A program made the position numbers and the translations under genes. This document shows positions 1 through 10,539 of a stretch of 25,617 nt of DNA, piece after piece. Origin of the DNA: a virus (taxonomy: Duplodnaviria; Caudoviricetes); the IMG/VR virus record IMGVR_UViG_3300025803_000088, positions 1 to 25,617 of that record. The stretch is one strand, 5' to 3'. Position 1 is the stretch's first letter, and every line of letters starts with the position of its first letter. The notes below the pieces were generated by a model. That model was not told the DNA's origin and did no database searches. It saw only the letters and a list, made by a program, of their open reading frames with translations.

Positions 1-306
1 GACACTGTGACGTTTGAGCTGGCTAGCAAGTTTGATTTGGCGGGTCAAAAGCTGCCGAAACGACAGGTCATTGCCAACGTTTGCCAGTGGATCTACAAGT
101 CAACGGAATGCGGGTACGACCCAACCGCCGGCCCAGGTAAAACAATCGACGGCACTAACTTCAGGCGTTTTGACGTAAACAACGAAGGTGTGACCACTGA
201 TGCTGAGGACGTGTGCGGGAAGCGTATTGCTAGTTGCAAGTGCCGTTTTGGTGATAACGCTGAGCTGCCATTTGGATCGTTCCCTGGAGCAGGTCTTACC
301 AAGTGA
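1..306 (+). CDS. Minor tail protein L-like (lambda gpL family), 5'-truncated by the window edge
   Basis: Open frame from the window start. It has FELASKFDLAGQKLPKRQ, the C-terminal cysteines (CQW..C, C...C.CRF) and the LPFGSFPG ending typical of gpL, and it precedes K-I-J-like genes. Confidence 0.85.
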   Translation, partial: DTVTFELASKFDLAGQKLPKRQVIANVCQWIYKSTECGYDPTAGPGKTIDGTNFRRFDVNNEGVTTDAEDVCGKRIASCKCRFGDNAELPFGSFPGAGLTK

Positions 307-1013
307 TGCGGCTGTCAACAGCCATGAAGGCTGAGATTCTGGAGCACGCTAAAGCTGAAACTCCTCGTGAGTGTTGTGGTTTGGTTGCTGTTGTCAAAGG
401 ACGGCGCAGGTACTTTCCGTGCCAAAACATCGCTCAAACACCTGATGAGCACTTTGTTCTTAGCGGTTGGAACGAAGTAGAGGACCAAGGCGAGGTGGTG
501 GCGATTGTGCATAGCCATCCGATTACGAATCCTCAGCCGTCAACAGCTGATCGAGTGGCCTGCGAAAAGTCGGAGCTGCCTTGGTTCATTGTCAATCCAA
601 ACACTGAGGCATGGGGCTACTGCGAACCAGCTGGTTTTGAGCTGCCGTATGTGGGGCGGGAGTTTTCGTTTGGAGTGGTGGACTGCTACACCCTTGTGCG
701 TGATTGGTACGCAAGGGAGTACGGGATTGAGCTGAGGGACTACCACCGGCAGGACAAGTTTTGGGACCGTGGCGAGAACTTGTATATGGATAACTTTGCA
801 GCGGAGGGGTTTCGCAAGATTCCAGTAGAAGAGGTGCATCCTGGGGACTTGATCTTGATGAATCTGGTTTCACCGTTGCCGAACCATGCAGCGATCTACA
901 TGGGCGATCAACAGGTGTTGCATCATGTGCAGGGCAGGTTGTCTAGCCGAGACCTTTACGGCGGTTATTATGGGAAAAGCACTGCCTGCGCCTTGAGGCA
1001 TGAAAGTCGTTAA
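306..1013 (+). CDS. Tail tip assembly protein K-like (JAB/MPN domain + NlpC/P60 domain)
   Basis: JAB motif E-CCG...HSHP...PS.AD, then NlpC/P60 motif DCYTLVRDWY...NHAAIY...LHH. Start is coupled to the upstream stop (TGATG at 304-308). Confidence 0.9.
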   Translation: MRLSTAMKAEILEHAKAETPRECCGLVAVVKGRRRYFPCQNIAQTPDEHFVLSGWNEVEDQGEVVAIVHSHPITNPQPSTADRVACEKSELPWFIVNPNTEAWGYCEPAGFELPYVGREFSFGVVDCYTLVRDWYAREYGIELRDYHRQDKFWDRGENLYMDNFAAEGFRKIPVEEVHPGDLILMNLVSPLPNHAAIYMGDQQVLHHVQGRLSSRDLYGGYYGKSTACALRHESR

Positions 1014-1677
1014 GGTCTATGGCGCTTTGCGTAAACGGCTTGGTCAATGCCGGTTTGAGTTTGACGTAACAACACCAGCACAGGCAATCAAAGCATTGTG
1101 CGTCAACTTTCCGGGTTTAGAGAAATGGTTAATTGATAGCCAAAAAGATGGTGTTGGCTATCGGGTAGCAATTAGCAAAGAAAAAGTAGCTGAGAACGAT
1201 GTGACTCCTTTGCTTGCGCCATTTAGCGATCGAGAGGTGTTTAGCATTACGCCTGTTATTGCTGGCGCTGGAGGGAGCACAAGTCAGATTTTGCTTGGAG
1301 CGGCCTTGATCGGAGCATCGTTTCTGCTCCCTGGTGCAGGATTGTTTGGCACAACTAGCGTTTTTGGAGTAAGTGCTGCAGGAACTGCAGCAGGTGCTGG
1401 TGTTGTTGTAGGAAGTGCTGCAGCAACTGCAGCAGGCACAGCACTTAGCGCTATAGGCGCTGGATTGGTTTTGCAGGGAATCGCGGGGATCATTTCGCCT
1501 CAACCAGACTTGGGATTGGAACGTGGGCGTGAAGCAGCAAAGTTGGAATCTTTTGTTTTTAATAACGTGGTCAACACCTCTAAGCAGGGCTTGCCTGTGC
1601 CAATAGCCTATGGGCGGGTGTTCGTTGGTTCGGCAGTGCTATCCAGCGGTCTCGACGTTGATCAGAAACAGGTATGA
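1000..1677 (+). CDS. Tail assembly protein I-like
   Basis: N-terminal ubiquitin-like VKVYGAL..., Gly/Ala-rich hydrophobic middle, C-terminal QGLPVPIAYGRVFVGSAVLS motif; lies between K and J. Confidence 0.9.
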   Translation: MKVVKVYGALRKRLGQCRFEFDVTTPAQAIKALCVNFPGLEKWLIDSQKDGVGYRVAISKEKVAENDVTPLLAPFSDREVFSITPVIAGAGGSTSQILLGAALIGASFLLPGAGLFGTTSVFGVSAAGTAAGAGVVVGSAAATAAGTALSAIGAGLVLQGIAGIISPQPDLGLERGREAAKLESFVFNNVVNTSKQGLPVPIAYGRVFVGSAVLSSGLDVDQKQV

Positions 1678-4600
1678 CACAAACCAAGTACGTTCAAGGC
1701 GCTGGTGGCGGCGGTAAAGGCGGCGGTGGAGCGCATACGCCAACCGAGGCAGACGATACTCTGCAGTCAATCCAGTTTGCCAACGTGCTGGATTTAGTTG
1801 GCGAAGGCGAGATCCAAGGCTTAGACGATGGCAACAAAAGTATTTTCTTGGACAACACTCCAGTCCAAAACGCAGACGGCAGCAACAACTTTTCTGGCTA
1901 CACCGTTGTTACGCGCAATGGCACTCAAGCGCAGAACCACATTCCTGGTGATTTTGGATCAACGCAGGTCGAAAGAGCGGTCAACATTGAAGTAACCAAC
2001 AGCGCCTCTGTTACTCGACCTGTTGAAGGCACAGAAGTTGATCGTCTTCGGGTAACGCTAACTATTCCTAGCCTTCAAAAAGTAGAAGATGATGGCGACA
2101 TTGTTGGTCACACTGTTGAAATTAAAATCCAAATTCAATATGACGGCGGGGGTTTTAACGACGTAGTTACAGACACGATCAGTGGTAAAAGCAGCAACCG
2201 TTATCAGCGTGACTACATGATTACGCTAAGCAGCAGCACCAATGTTTTGGTCCGTATGGTGCGTGTCAGTGCTGACGAAACCAGTCAAAAACGAGCCAGT
2301 ACCACGATTTTTCAAAGCTTTACCGAGATTATCGACGAAAAGTTCAGCTACCCAAACTCTGCACTTGTTGCGCTTCGTTTTGACTCGCGTGAGTTCAGCA
2401 GCATCCCAAGTCGTAAGTATCTGATTCGTGGAATCAAAGTCAAGATTCCAAGCAACGCAACGGTAGACACCACTACGCATGTGGGACGAATCACGTATTC
2501 CGGCATCTGGGACGGCACGTTCCAAGCGGCTACATGGACGAATGATCCAGCCTGGTGTTTGTATGACCTGCTGATTTCAGACCGCTATGGCGCGGGCATT
2601 CCTGAAGAGACGCTCGACAAGTACGACTTCTTTTCTGTAAGCCAGTATTGCAACGCTCTTGTTGATGATGGCAAAGGCGGTCAAGAGCCACGATTCAGCC
2701 TCAACATGCTGATTAACAGCCGCGCTGAGGTTTACAACGTCATCCAAGAGATGACAGCTATTTTTAGGGGCATCGCCTACTACGGCGCAGGCTCTTTGGT
2801 GCTCAACCAAGACAAGCCGACTGATTCAAGTTATGCACTTGGCCCATCAAACGTTATAGATGGGCTGTTTACATACGCTGGAACGTCTCAGAAAGCCCGC
2901 CATACCGTTGCGACGGTTGCGTACCAGAACTACGACACACAAGGCGATACAGAGTTTGAGTACGTCGAAGACCACGACGCTGTAGCCAAGTACGGCATCA
3001 TCAACAAAGACATCAAGGCTGTTGGTTGTTACAGCCAAGGTCAGGCGCACAGGATTGGCAAATGGACTTTGTTGTCAGAGCAGAATCTGACTGAGACGTG
3101 CCAGTTTGCTGTTGGTATTGAAAGCGGCATCATTCTTCGCCCTGGGCAGGTTGTAGACATTGCTGATCCCGTTAGAGCTGGTGTCAGGCGTAGTGGTCGC
3201 GTTCGTTCTGCCACCACAACACAACTGACGGTTGATAGCAGCACCAACCTGTCGGTCAGCGTGGCAACCAGCGATAACGATCCAAAGGTGTCAGTCATGC
3301 TGCCAAGCGGTATTGCTGAAACACGCAGTATCCCGGCAGGTGGTATTCAGCCACAAGCCAATGGAACGGCAACGATTGACGTGACATCTGCGTTTAGTCA
3401 AACACCTACAGCTGGATCGGTGTTTTTAATTCAGACATCTGACATTCAGTCACAGCAGTTCAGAGTTCTTTCTGTTGCCGAATCAGAGGATGGTGTTTAT
3501 GGCGTTAGCGCAGCTGCTTACAACGCCACGATCTACGACGCGGTTGAGTCTGACAATGAGCTGACTAACCGCGACATCACGAACCTATCAGCCATTCCTA
3601 ATGCTGTTGATTCAATCACGGCAGAAGAGTTCCTTTACGAAACAGGCCAGGGCGTGTTTGTTGGTGCGTCAATTAGTTGGCAGCATGATCGCGTCAACAT
3701 CAGTGAGTTCCGCGTCCAGTTCCGCATTGACGATGACAACTTTGAGACGCTGACTACAGCATCACCGTCAATCACCATCCGTGACATTCGAGCTGGCAAC
3801 CTGCAGGTTCAAATCCAAGCCAGAAACTATCTGAATCGCGGCAGTGTTATCACAAGCGACACATTTACGATCCAGGGCAAAACTGCACCGCCGCAGCTGG
3901 ACAATAATGAGTTCTTGACGGATGGGACTACGCCTAACCCCAGTTACATCAACTTCGACATGATCCCGGTTAATGGTCAGGCCAAGTTGACTTGGCGTCA
4001 GTCTCTTGACCTTGACGTGCGGAACGGCGGTCACGTCAGGCTGCGTCACTCGCCAAACACGTCCAACGTGACGTGGAGCAACTCAACCAGCATCTCTGAA
4101 GAGATCGCAGGTGCCGCGACGGAAGCCTATGCAGACCTGAAGTCTGGAACGTACTCAATGAAGTTCATCGACTCTGGCGGTCGCGAGAGTCAGAATTTTG
4201 CTCTAATCGAGTACACCAAGCCAGAGCTTGAGAGCACTGAGGAAGTGTCAGCGTTGTCGGCAACAGAGGATCCGACATTTCCTGGAACGAAAACCAACCT
4301 CAGCGTGGACAGCGTTGACCAAGAGCTGGAGATGGCAGCAAACGGCTCTGTGCTGCACACGACTGGAGAGTATGTGTTCAACGGCAATCCATTTACGTTG
4401 ACGCATGTGGGAAGCCTGCGGCTTGAAAGCACTCTGCGAGCCCGGTCTTACTTCCCAGCAACCAACCTGATCGATAACGTTGCTGACTTTGACTCGATTG
4501 CAGATTTTGACGGCACGACGCCAACAACCTGTGATGTCAAGTTGTACGTGCGAACAACGGAAGACGATCCAAGCGGTTCTCCCACTTACACCTCTTGGCG

Positions 4601-4967
4601 TCACTTCAACAATGCAGAGATCAAGTGCCGTGCATTTGAGCTAAAGGCTGAGTTTGAGACTGGTGACGATGACGCCCAAATTTCAGTAGACCAGCTGCGC
4701 GTCAAGGCGTTGATGCCTTTCCGGTCGTTGTCCGGCGAAGTAACGACTAGCACTAGCGGTGACACGACCGTTAATTTTGGGACGGGCAACAGGTTCTACG
4801 TCAAACCGTCGATTGGCATCATTTTTGCCGCGTCTAACACCACGGATTACTACGTCATCTCCAACGACAGCAGCGGTTCCAGCTTTGACATCTCCGTCTA
4901 CAATTCAAGCAACACCCGGATCGCTTCAACGGTCCGCTGGAACGCTGTCGGTTACGGACGAGGCTAA
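1674..4967 (+). CDS. Tail tip / host-specificity protein J-like (central fibre)
   Basis: 1097 aa with GAGGGGKGGGG N-terminus, DLVGEGEIQGL, YSGIWDGTF...WTNDPAWCLYDLL..RYG, YCNALVDDGKGGQEPRF and FN3-like C-terminal region. Confidence 0.92.
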   Translation: MTQTKYVQGAGGGGKGGGGAHTPTEADDTLQSIQFANVLDLVGEGEIQGLDDGNKSIFLDNTPVQNADGSNNFSGYTVVTRNGTQAQNHIPGDFGSTQVERAVNIEVTNSASVTRPVEGTEVDRLRVTLTIPSLQKVEDDGDIVGHTVEIKIQIQYDGGGFNDVVTDTISGKSSNRYQRDYMITLSSSTNVLVRMVRVSADETSQKRASTTIFQSFTEIIDEKFSYPNSALVALRFDSREFSSIPSRKYLIRGIKVKIPSNATVDTTTHVGRITYSGIWDGTFQAATWTNDPAWCLYDLLISDRYGAGIPEETLDKYDFFSVSQYCNALVDDGKGGQEPRFSLNMLINSRAEVYNVIQEMTAIFRGIAYYGAGSLVLNQDKPTDSSYALGPSNVIDGLFTYAGTSQKARHTVATVAYQNYDTQGDTEFEYVEDHDAVAKYGIINKDIKAVGCYSQGQAHRIGKWTLLSEQNLTETCQFAVGIESGIILRPGQVVDIADPVRAGVRRSGRVRSATTTQLTVDSSTNLSVSVATSDNDPKVSVMLPSGIAETRSIPAGGIQPQANGTATIDVTSAFSQTPTAGSVFLIQTSDIQSQQFRVLSVAESEDGVYGVSAAAYNATIYDAVESDNELTNRDITNLSAIPNAVDSITAEEFLYETGQGVFVGASISWQHDRVNISEFRVQFRIDDDNFETLTTASPSITIRDIRAGNLQVQIQARNYLNRGSVITSDTFTIQGKTAPPQLDNNEFLTDGTTPNPSYINFDMIPVNGQAKLTWRQSLDLDVRNGGHVRLRHSPNTSNVTWSNSTSISEEIAGAATEAYADLKSGTYSMKFIDSGGRESQNFALIEYTKPELESTEEVSALSATEDPTFPGTKTNLSVDSVDQELEMAANGSVLHTTGEYVFNGNPFTLTHVGSLRLESTLRARSYFPATNLIDNVADFDSIADFDGTTPTTCDVKLYVRTTEDDPSGSPTYTSWRHFNNAEIKCRAFELKAEFETGDDDAQISVDQLRVKALMPFRSLSGEVTTSTSGDTTVNFGTGNRFYVKPSIGIIFAASNTTDYYVISNDSSGSSFDISVYNSSNTRIASTVRWNAVGYGRG

Positions 4968-6070
4968 TGGCACAAGCTGACCAGCAGATTCAAAACGCCA
5001 GCGGCAGCTCAGTACGTGCTGACCTCAATAACAACTTTGACGCGCTGTTTAGCAATAACTCTGGATCGTCTGATCCTTCAGTTACCACAGCGTTCATGTG
5101 GTTCGCTGATACCACAAATGATGCGCTGAAGATCCGCAACGCTGCTGACTCTGCGTTTATTACTGTTGGCACGCTATCCGAGACCAATCTTGGTCTTGCG
5201 CTGAAAGCCAGTCCCACGTTTACCGGCAACGTCGGAGTACCTGCTGGAACGGTTAGCAGCTTGCCGATCAGGCGATCTGACGACACCAACACGGGGATCT
5301 ACTTCAGCGCAGCCGATACGCTTGATATTGCAACGGGTGGAACGCGCCGCGCTCACTTCGACAGCAACGGCATCACCATCCGTGATCGCAAAGCACTAAG
5401 GCTGCGAGATACGAGCAATAGCAACTTTGTTGCGATTCGCGCTCCATCAGATGTCAGCAGTGACGTAACGCTGACTCTGCCCAACAGTGATGGCAATGCT
5501 AACGACGTGTTGCAGTCAGATGGCAGCGGCAATCTGAGCTTTACTGCTTTGCCGCAAGCTGTGCCGACTGGATCGGTCCACTTGATGGCTAGCACTACCG
5601 TTCCTAGCGGATATGAAAAGTGCAATGGCCAAGCCCTGAGTAGAACGGTTTACGCCGACCTGTTTGCTGAGATTGGAACGGCGTTTGGCGCGGGTGATGG
5701 CAGTACCACCTTTAACGTTCCAGATCTACGTGGCGAGTTTGTCCGTGGCTGGGACGACTCTCGTGGCGTTGATAGCGGGCGCAACTTTGCTACAGCTCAG
5801 AGCGACCAAAACAAGCAGCACAATCACAGTGCTTCTGCGACTTCGACCGTTACTGACCCTGGTCACAACCATGTTTATATCGACCAGCAAGCTCATAACG
5901 AGGGTTATCGACCTTGGAAAGCAGGCGATAACGACTGCGGACAAAGAAATAAGAACACAAGCAATGCCTTTACTGGCATCAGCGTCTCAACGTCAGTCAG
6001 TGTTGCCAACGATGGTGGCAACGAGGCCAGACCGCGTAACATTGCAATGATGTACGTCATCAAAACGTAA
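4967..6070 (+). CDS. Tail fibre protein with phage tail collar domain
   Basis: Collar motif VPTGSV...PSGYEKCNGQALSRTVYADLF.EIGT.FGAGDGSTTFNVPDLRGEFVRGWD and C-terminal EARPRNIAMMYVIK. Confidence 0.85.
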   Translation: MAQADQQIQNASGSSVRADLNNNFDALFSNNSGSSDPSVTTAFMWFADTTNDALKIRNAADSAFITVGTLSETNLGLALKASPTFTGNVGVPAGTVSSLPIRRSDDTNTGIYFSAADTLDIATGGTRRAHFDSNGITIRDRKALRLRDTSNSNFVAIRAPSDVSSDVTLTLPNSDGNANDVLQSDGSGNLSFTALPQAVPTGSVHLMASTTVPSGYEKCNGQALSRTVYADLFAEIGTAFGAGDGSTTFNVPDLRGEFVRGWDDSRGVDSGRNFATAQSDQNKQHNHSASATSTVTDPGHNHVYIDQQAHNEGYRPWKAGDNDCGQRNKNTSNAFTGISVSTSVSVANDGGNEARPRNIAMMYVIKT

Positions 6071-6075
6071 GCGTC

Positions 6076-9000
6076 ATGGCAAATAAGAAGATCACGGAAC
6101 TCGATGCCATCACCACACTGGCGTCAACTGACGTGGTGCCTGTCGTTGACGTAAGCGCGGATACAACCAATAAGATCACAACGACCAACCTGTTCCGCAC
6201 GTTGCCTGATGGAACGGCAGCTGCTCCAGCGTTGGCGTTTAGCTCGGACCAAGCAAACGGTGTTTACCTTGCTGGTACGGATACGGTCGGCATTAGCACT
6301 GGTGGAACGCAGCGCGTCACGGTTGATGGAAGCGGCAATGTCACCATTTCTGGTGATCTGACGGTTAGTGGTGCGACCACAACGGTTGAAAGCACGACCG
6401 TCACGATCGACGACAAGAACATTGAGCTGGGTTCTGTTGCATCACCCAGTAACACCACTGCTGATGGTGGCGGCATCACGCTGAAAGGTGCGACTGATAA
6501 GACTCTGAAGTGGATTAACAGCACTGGTTCTTGGACTTTTAACCAGTCGTTGCATATCGACTATGCAAGCAACAACCCAGCTGTTTTTACTATTGAGAAC
6601 AACGAAGGTTCTTTCAAGCTTTCAGCCAACGCAAATCTTGGGCTTCTTGATGCTGCTCAGCATGTATTCAGAAATGCTGCAGGCAGTAGTGAATATGCAC
6701 GCATCGACAGCTCAGGCAACTTGGGCGTGGGAGACTCCAGCCCAGATGCACGTTGTGTTGTTTACCGAGCAACACAGTTTTCTGGCAACACAGTATTCGC
6801 CGTAAAGAGTGATGCTGACAGCACAAAATCAACCAAATTTATGGTTGATGGTGATGGCAAAGTTGGCATTGGAACAACGTCGCCTGCACAAGGCCCGCTT
6901 CACGTCCATTCTTCGACTACAAATGCATATTTTCATCTAACAAACTCAACAACAGGAAGTGCTGGGTCTGACGGTTTTAGTCTGCACCAAAGTGGAAATT
7001 CGACGATTCTTAATAACAGAGAGTCGGACGCTATGCGGTTCTTTACGGCAAACACCGAGCGCCTCCGAATCGACAGCTCTGGGAATGTTGGCATTGGGAC
7101 ATCCTCGCCTACCAAGCATCTTGTTATTAGTTCCGGCGGAGCCGCTGGAATGGAAATAGGCGCTGGCAACGGAAGCGCTAATGGCGGCACACTTATCGAA
7201 CATTACAACAGAAGTTCTTCCGCCTATGTCCAATCCAGGACGATTGCGTCTGATTTTTTGTTTAATGCAGGATCAAACACTTTTGCTATCGACAGCTCAG
7301 GCAACGTCGGCATTGGAACTACCAGCCCACAGACTGAATTACATCTAAATGATGCAACTGGTTTGTCGCGAATTCGCTTATCTGGCGGTGCGTCTGGAGC
7401 AGATAACTTTGAGTTTGGTCAGGGCACAACTGGCGTAACTAATGGTGGATTTGAGATTAGAGATGTAGATGCAAGCGCGACACGCTTTGTTATCGACAGC
7501 TCTGGCAATGTGGCTATCGGCAGTACGTCAGCTCCAGACAGATTAAATGTCGGAAGCACTAGCAACGGCTTTACTGCAATCAGAATTCTTACGTCAAATG
7601 ATGGTAACGGTGAAGTTAGATTTGGTGATGCTGGCTCGGGAAATGCAGGCTATATAAGGTATGCACATAATGGTAATCACTTAATTTTTGCTAGGGATAA
7701 CACGGAAGCGATGCGCATAACAAGCGGTGGAAATGTTGGCATTGGAACTACAAGTCCTCGCACCAAATTAGATGTAAGTGGAGGAATCTATGCTGCTGCT
7801 GGAAATCAAATTCAGATAACTGGAAGTCCAGGCAGCGCAGGTTTGCAGCTTATTGGAAATGATTCTGACGCTTCATACGTTGGCACTATGAGTGCTCAGG
7901 CGTTAGTTTTTAGAACAAACTCTGCCGAGCGCCTACGCATAGATACATCTGGCCGGCTCCTTCTGGGCACATCGTCTGCACAACTTTCTCCAACTGGTTC
8001 GGCACTTCAGGTTTCTGGTAACGGTTTTGCAACCAGTTCTGTTAGACAAACTCGCTATGAGTCAGGTATTTCTGGCGCGAGCATAATTCTTGCTCATGCA
8101 AGAGGCACCGAAGGTTCAAAAGCAATACTTAATAATAATGATGAAATTGGTAAAATTCGATTCTACGGATACGACGGATCTAGTTTTGCTAGTTGGGGAG
8201 CAGAAATAAAGGCTGAAGTCGATGACACTCCAGGCACAAGTGACATGCCAGGCCGTCTTATATTTTCTACTAATAGCGGTGCAGGTAACGCTACAGAGCG
8301 GATGCGGATTGACAGATTGGGAAATGTAAGCATTGGAAATAGCACCCCTATTAACTCTACTGGTTATAGAACCTTAACGATTGGCGATGGCAGTACCTCT
8401 GGGGGACAAATTCACATTGAAGCCCCTAACGGCAATAATTTTCAGATATGGCATGGTAATACCAGTGTTAATTTTTATGCTGCACAATCAGTATCGCAAA
8501 GGTTTTACACGGCTGGCTCCGAGCGGATGCGAATCGACAGCTCTGGGCGGTTGTTGGTTGGGACAAGTTCTGCTCGTGGGCGCTATACCTTACAGCTAGA
8601 AGGCAACTCAGAAAGCTCAACCGATGTAGGTGAAATTTGGATAGGACGTCCACTTGTTGATGCTTCAATAAATTCTGGTACTGGCTTAGGTAAGGTTTAT
8701 TTCGGCGGTCAAAGTGGCGGCGTAGGTGCAAAGATTGAAGGGCTTGCTGATGCGCAATGGGGAACAAATGATTATCCAGGTCGCCTTATGTTCTTCACCA
8801 CAGCGGACGGTGCGAGCAGCCCGACCGAACGGATGCGAATCGACAGCTCGGGCAGGGTTGGAATCAATGAAACGGCCTTATCGTCGTTCAACACTATCGC
8901 TGATGATCTTGTAATTTCGCAGGCTTCTGGCAGTGCTGGAATCACTGTTCGTAGCAGCACCTCAGGGTCTGGAACGCTTGCATTTACAGATGGCGCAAAT

Positions 9001-9996
9001 ACCCTCTTCCGTGGTGATATTCGTTATGTGCATAACGGCGATTACATGCGCTTAAGTACCGCTGGTGAAGAGCGGATGCGTATCGACAGCTCGGGGCGGT
9101 TGCTTGCGGGAACTACAAGCAGCTCTGGAAACTTCCGTGCAGTTTTTCAAGGCAACGCTGGAAACAACGCCGCTGGTGGTGATGTTGTTTTAGCAAGAGG
9201 TGCTGCAACACCTGCAAACGCGCAAGCCCTTGGTTTAGTCGGCTTCTCAGACAATACCCACACAGTTTCTGGAGTAATTCAATGCAACAGGGATGGTGGC
9301 ACTTGGAGTGGCAGCTCTAAGCCAACATTGATGGCATTTCAAACCTGTGCAGACGGTAGTACGACGCCGACTGAGCGGATGCGAATCAACAGCTCCGGAC
9401 ATCTTTCAATCGGGACAACAGCTACAAATCCTGGCGACAATAATACTACTACTGGCTCTAGCATTAACTCAAATGGCAAATACTTTTTTAGTTGCGCCAG
9501 TGATGGAGGCCACATAAATAGGAATAATGCTGGGTATATTTTGCACGCTAGAAATAATAAGAATCTCGTTGGGGGTATTACTGTCAACTCAAACAGCACT
9601 GCTTACAACACAAGTTCTGATTACCGTCTCAAAGAAAACGTTGTTGATCTTGACGGCGCTATCGGTCGTGTAAAACAACTTGCGCCTAAACGCTTTAACT
9701 TTATTACTGCGCCTGATGCGACAGTTGACGGCTTCCTTGCTCACGAAGCGCAAACCGTCGTACCAGAAGCGGTCTTTGGAACGCACAACGGCGTTGAAGT
9801 TTGGAAAGAAGGCGAAGAACTGCCTGATGGTGTTTCTGTTGGTGACAACAAGCTGGATGGAGATGGCAACACGATTCCTGATTATCAAGGCATTGACCAA
9901 TCCAAACTGGTGCCACTGTTGACTGCGGCACTGCAAGAAGCAATCGCCAAAATTGAGACGCTAGAAACCAAAGTTGCCGCCCTTGAGGCGCAATAG
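6076..9996 (+). CDS. Long tail fibre / receptor-binding protein with C-terminal peptidase S74 intramolecular chaperone
   Basis: About a dozen (ER)MRIDSSG(N/R)VGIGT-type repeats. C-terminal TSSDYRLKENV...DGFLAHEAQ.VVPEAV...LVPLLTAALQE plus coiled coil is the typical S74 signature. Confidence 0.88.
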   Translation: MANKKITELDAITTLASTDVVPVVDVSADTTNKITTTNLFRTLPDGTAAAPALAFSSDQANGVYLAGTDTVGISTGGTQRVTVDGSGNVTISGDLTVSGATTTVESTTVTIDDKNIELGSVASPSNTTADGGGITLKGATDKTLKWINSTGSWTFNQSLHIDYASNNPAVFTIENNEGSFKLSANANLGLLDAAQHVFRNAAGSSEYARIDSSGNLGVGDSSPDARCVVYRATQFSGNTVFAVKSDADSTKSTKFMVDGDGKVGIGTTSPAQGPLHVHSSTTNAYFHLTNSTTGSAGSDGFSLHQSGNSTILNNRESDAMRFFTANTERLRIDSSGNVGIGTSSPTKHLVISSGGAAGMEIGAGNGSANGGTLIEHYNRSSSAYVQSRTIASDFLFNAGSNTFAIDSSGNVGIGTTSPQTELHLNDATGLSRIRLSGGASGADNFEFGQGTTGVTNGGFEIRDVDASATRFVIDSSGNVAIGSTSAPDRLNVGSTSNGFTAIRILTSNDGNGEVRFGDAGSGNAGYIRYAHNGNHLIFARDNTEAMRITSGGNVGIGTTSPRTKLDVSGGIYAAAGNQIQITGSPGSAGLQLIGNDSDASYVGTMSAQALVFRTNSAERLRIDTSGRLLLGTSSAQLSPTGSALQVSGNGFATSSVRQTRYESGISGASIILAHARGTEGSKAILNNNDEIGKIRFYGYDGSSFASWGAEIKAEVDDTPGTSDMPGRLIFSTNSGAGNATERMRIDRLGNVSIGNSTPINSTGYRTLTIGDGSTSGGQIHIEAPNGNNFQIWHGNTSVNFYAAQSVSQRFYTAGSERMRIDSSGRLLVGTSSARGRYTLQLEGNSESSTDVGEIWIGRPLVDASINSGTGLGKVYFGGQSGGVGAKIEGLADAQWGTNDYPGRLMFFTTADGASSPTERMRIDSSGRVGINETALSSFNTIADDLVISQASGSAGITVRSSTSGSGTLAFTDGANTLFRGDIRYVHNGDYMRLSTAGEERMRIDSSGRLLAGTTSSSGNFRAVFQGNAGNNAAGGDVVLARGAATPANAQALGLVGFSDNTHTVSGVIQCNRDGGTWSGSSKPTLMAFQTCADGSTTPTERMRINSSGHLSIGTTATNPGDNNTTTGSSINSNGKYFFSCASDGGHINRNNAGYILHARNNKNLVGGITVNSNSTAYNTSSDYRLKENVVDLDGAIGRVKQLAPKRFNFITAPDATVDGFLAHEAQTVVPEAVFGTHNGVEVWKEGEELPDGVSVGDNKLDGDGNTIPDYQGIDQSKLVPLLTAALQEAIAKIETLETKVAALEAQ
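6703..9092 (+). repeat. Dispersed 11-nt repeat ATCGACAGCTC at tail-fibre module junctions
   Basis: Exact copies start at 6703, 7069, 7288, 7492, 8533, 8839 and 9082; a one-mismatch variant lies near 9384. Confidence 0.85.
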
Positions 9997-10024
9997 GTAA
10001 ACTTCACCTGCAAGGACTTTCCCA

Positions 10025-10348
10025 ATGTCTACACCCACCACAACGTTCACCTGGGCCGTTGGCTCTATGGATCGTCAGCTGAGCAACGGTGCTGTTCAAA
10101 CAGTCCACTACACCGTTTCAGCTTCTGACGGCACCTATTCCGCTGGTGCGTATGGCAGCGTTGGTCTTGACCAGCCTGAAGATGATTCCGAATTGACCGC
10201 GTATTCGGAACTAACAGAGTCTTGGGCAATTTCAGCTCTGCAAGCCAAGCTTGGTGGTGCGGACAAGGTTGCTGAAATCGAAGCTGCGCTCCAGGTACAG
10301 ATTGACGTGCAGCGCACTCCTGTTTCAGGTTCTGGAGTTCCTTGGTGA
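10025..10348 (+). CDS. Small tail-fibre-associated phage protein
   Basis: 107 aa directly after the fibre; TFTW...V.TVHY.V...G.YGSVGL...GVPW pattern commonly seen after marine phage fibres. Confidence 0.7.
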   Translation: MSTPTTTFTWAVGSMDRQLSNGAVQTVHYTVSASDGTYSAGAYGSVGLDQPEDDSELTAYSELTESWAISALQAKLGGADKVAEIEAALQVQIDVQRTPVSGSGVPW

Positions 10349-10539
10349 TGCAGCGTCCAGATCCAATGATCGCCGCTAAGCCTGGTGCGGAGGATGTCCA
10401 GGCTATGGCGGCTAGAACGCTGTGGCTTGAAGAGCTGTACTTCCTTGATGGCCGTGACCAGATCAGCCATCCTCAATATGGTTTGTTCACAGGTCTGGCT
10501 CTGAAGTATCAGAACTTGACTTCGACTGACGGCATCTGA
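10348..10539 (+). CDS. Hypothetical phage protein
   Basis: 63 aa (MQRPDPMI...LYFLDGR...HPQYGLFTGL); TGATG coupling at both ends. Confidence 0.7.
   Translation: MQRPDPMIAAKPGAEDVQAMAARTLWLEELYFLDGRDQISHPQYGLFTGLALKYQNLTSTDGI

Noticed and set aside
6076-9996. Diversity-generating retroelement or invertible shufflon acting on the fibre
   Set aside because: No reverse transcriptase, no TR/VR pair differing at adenines and no invertase in the window; the repeats are short, direct and in-frame.
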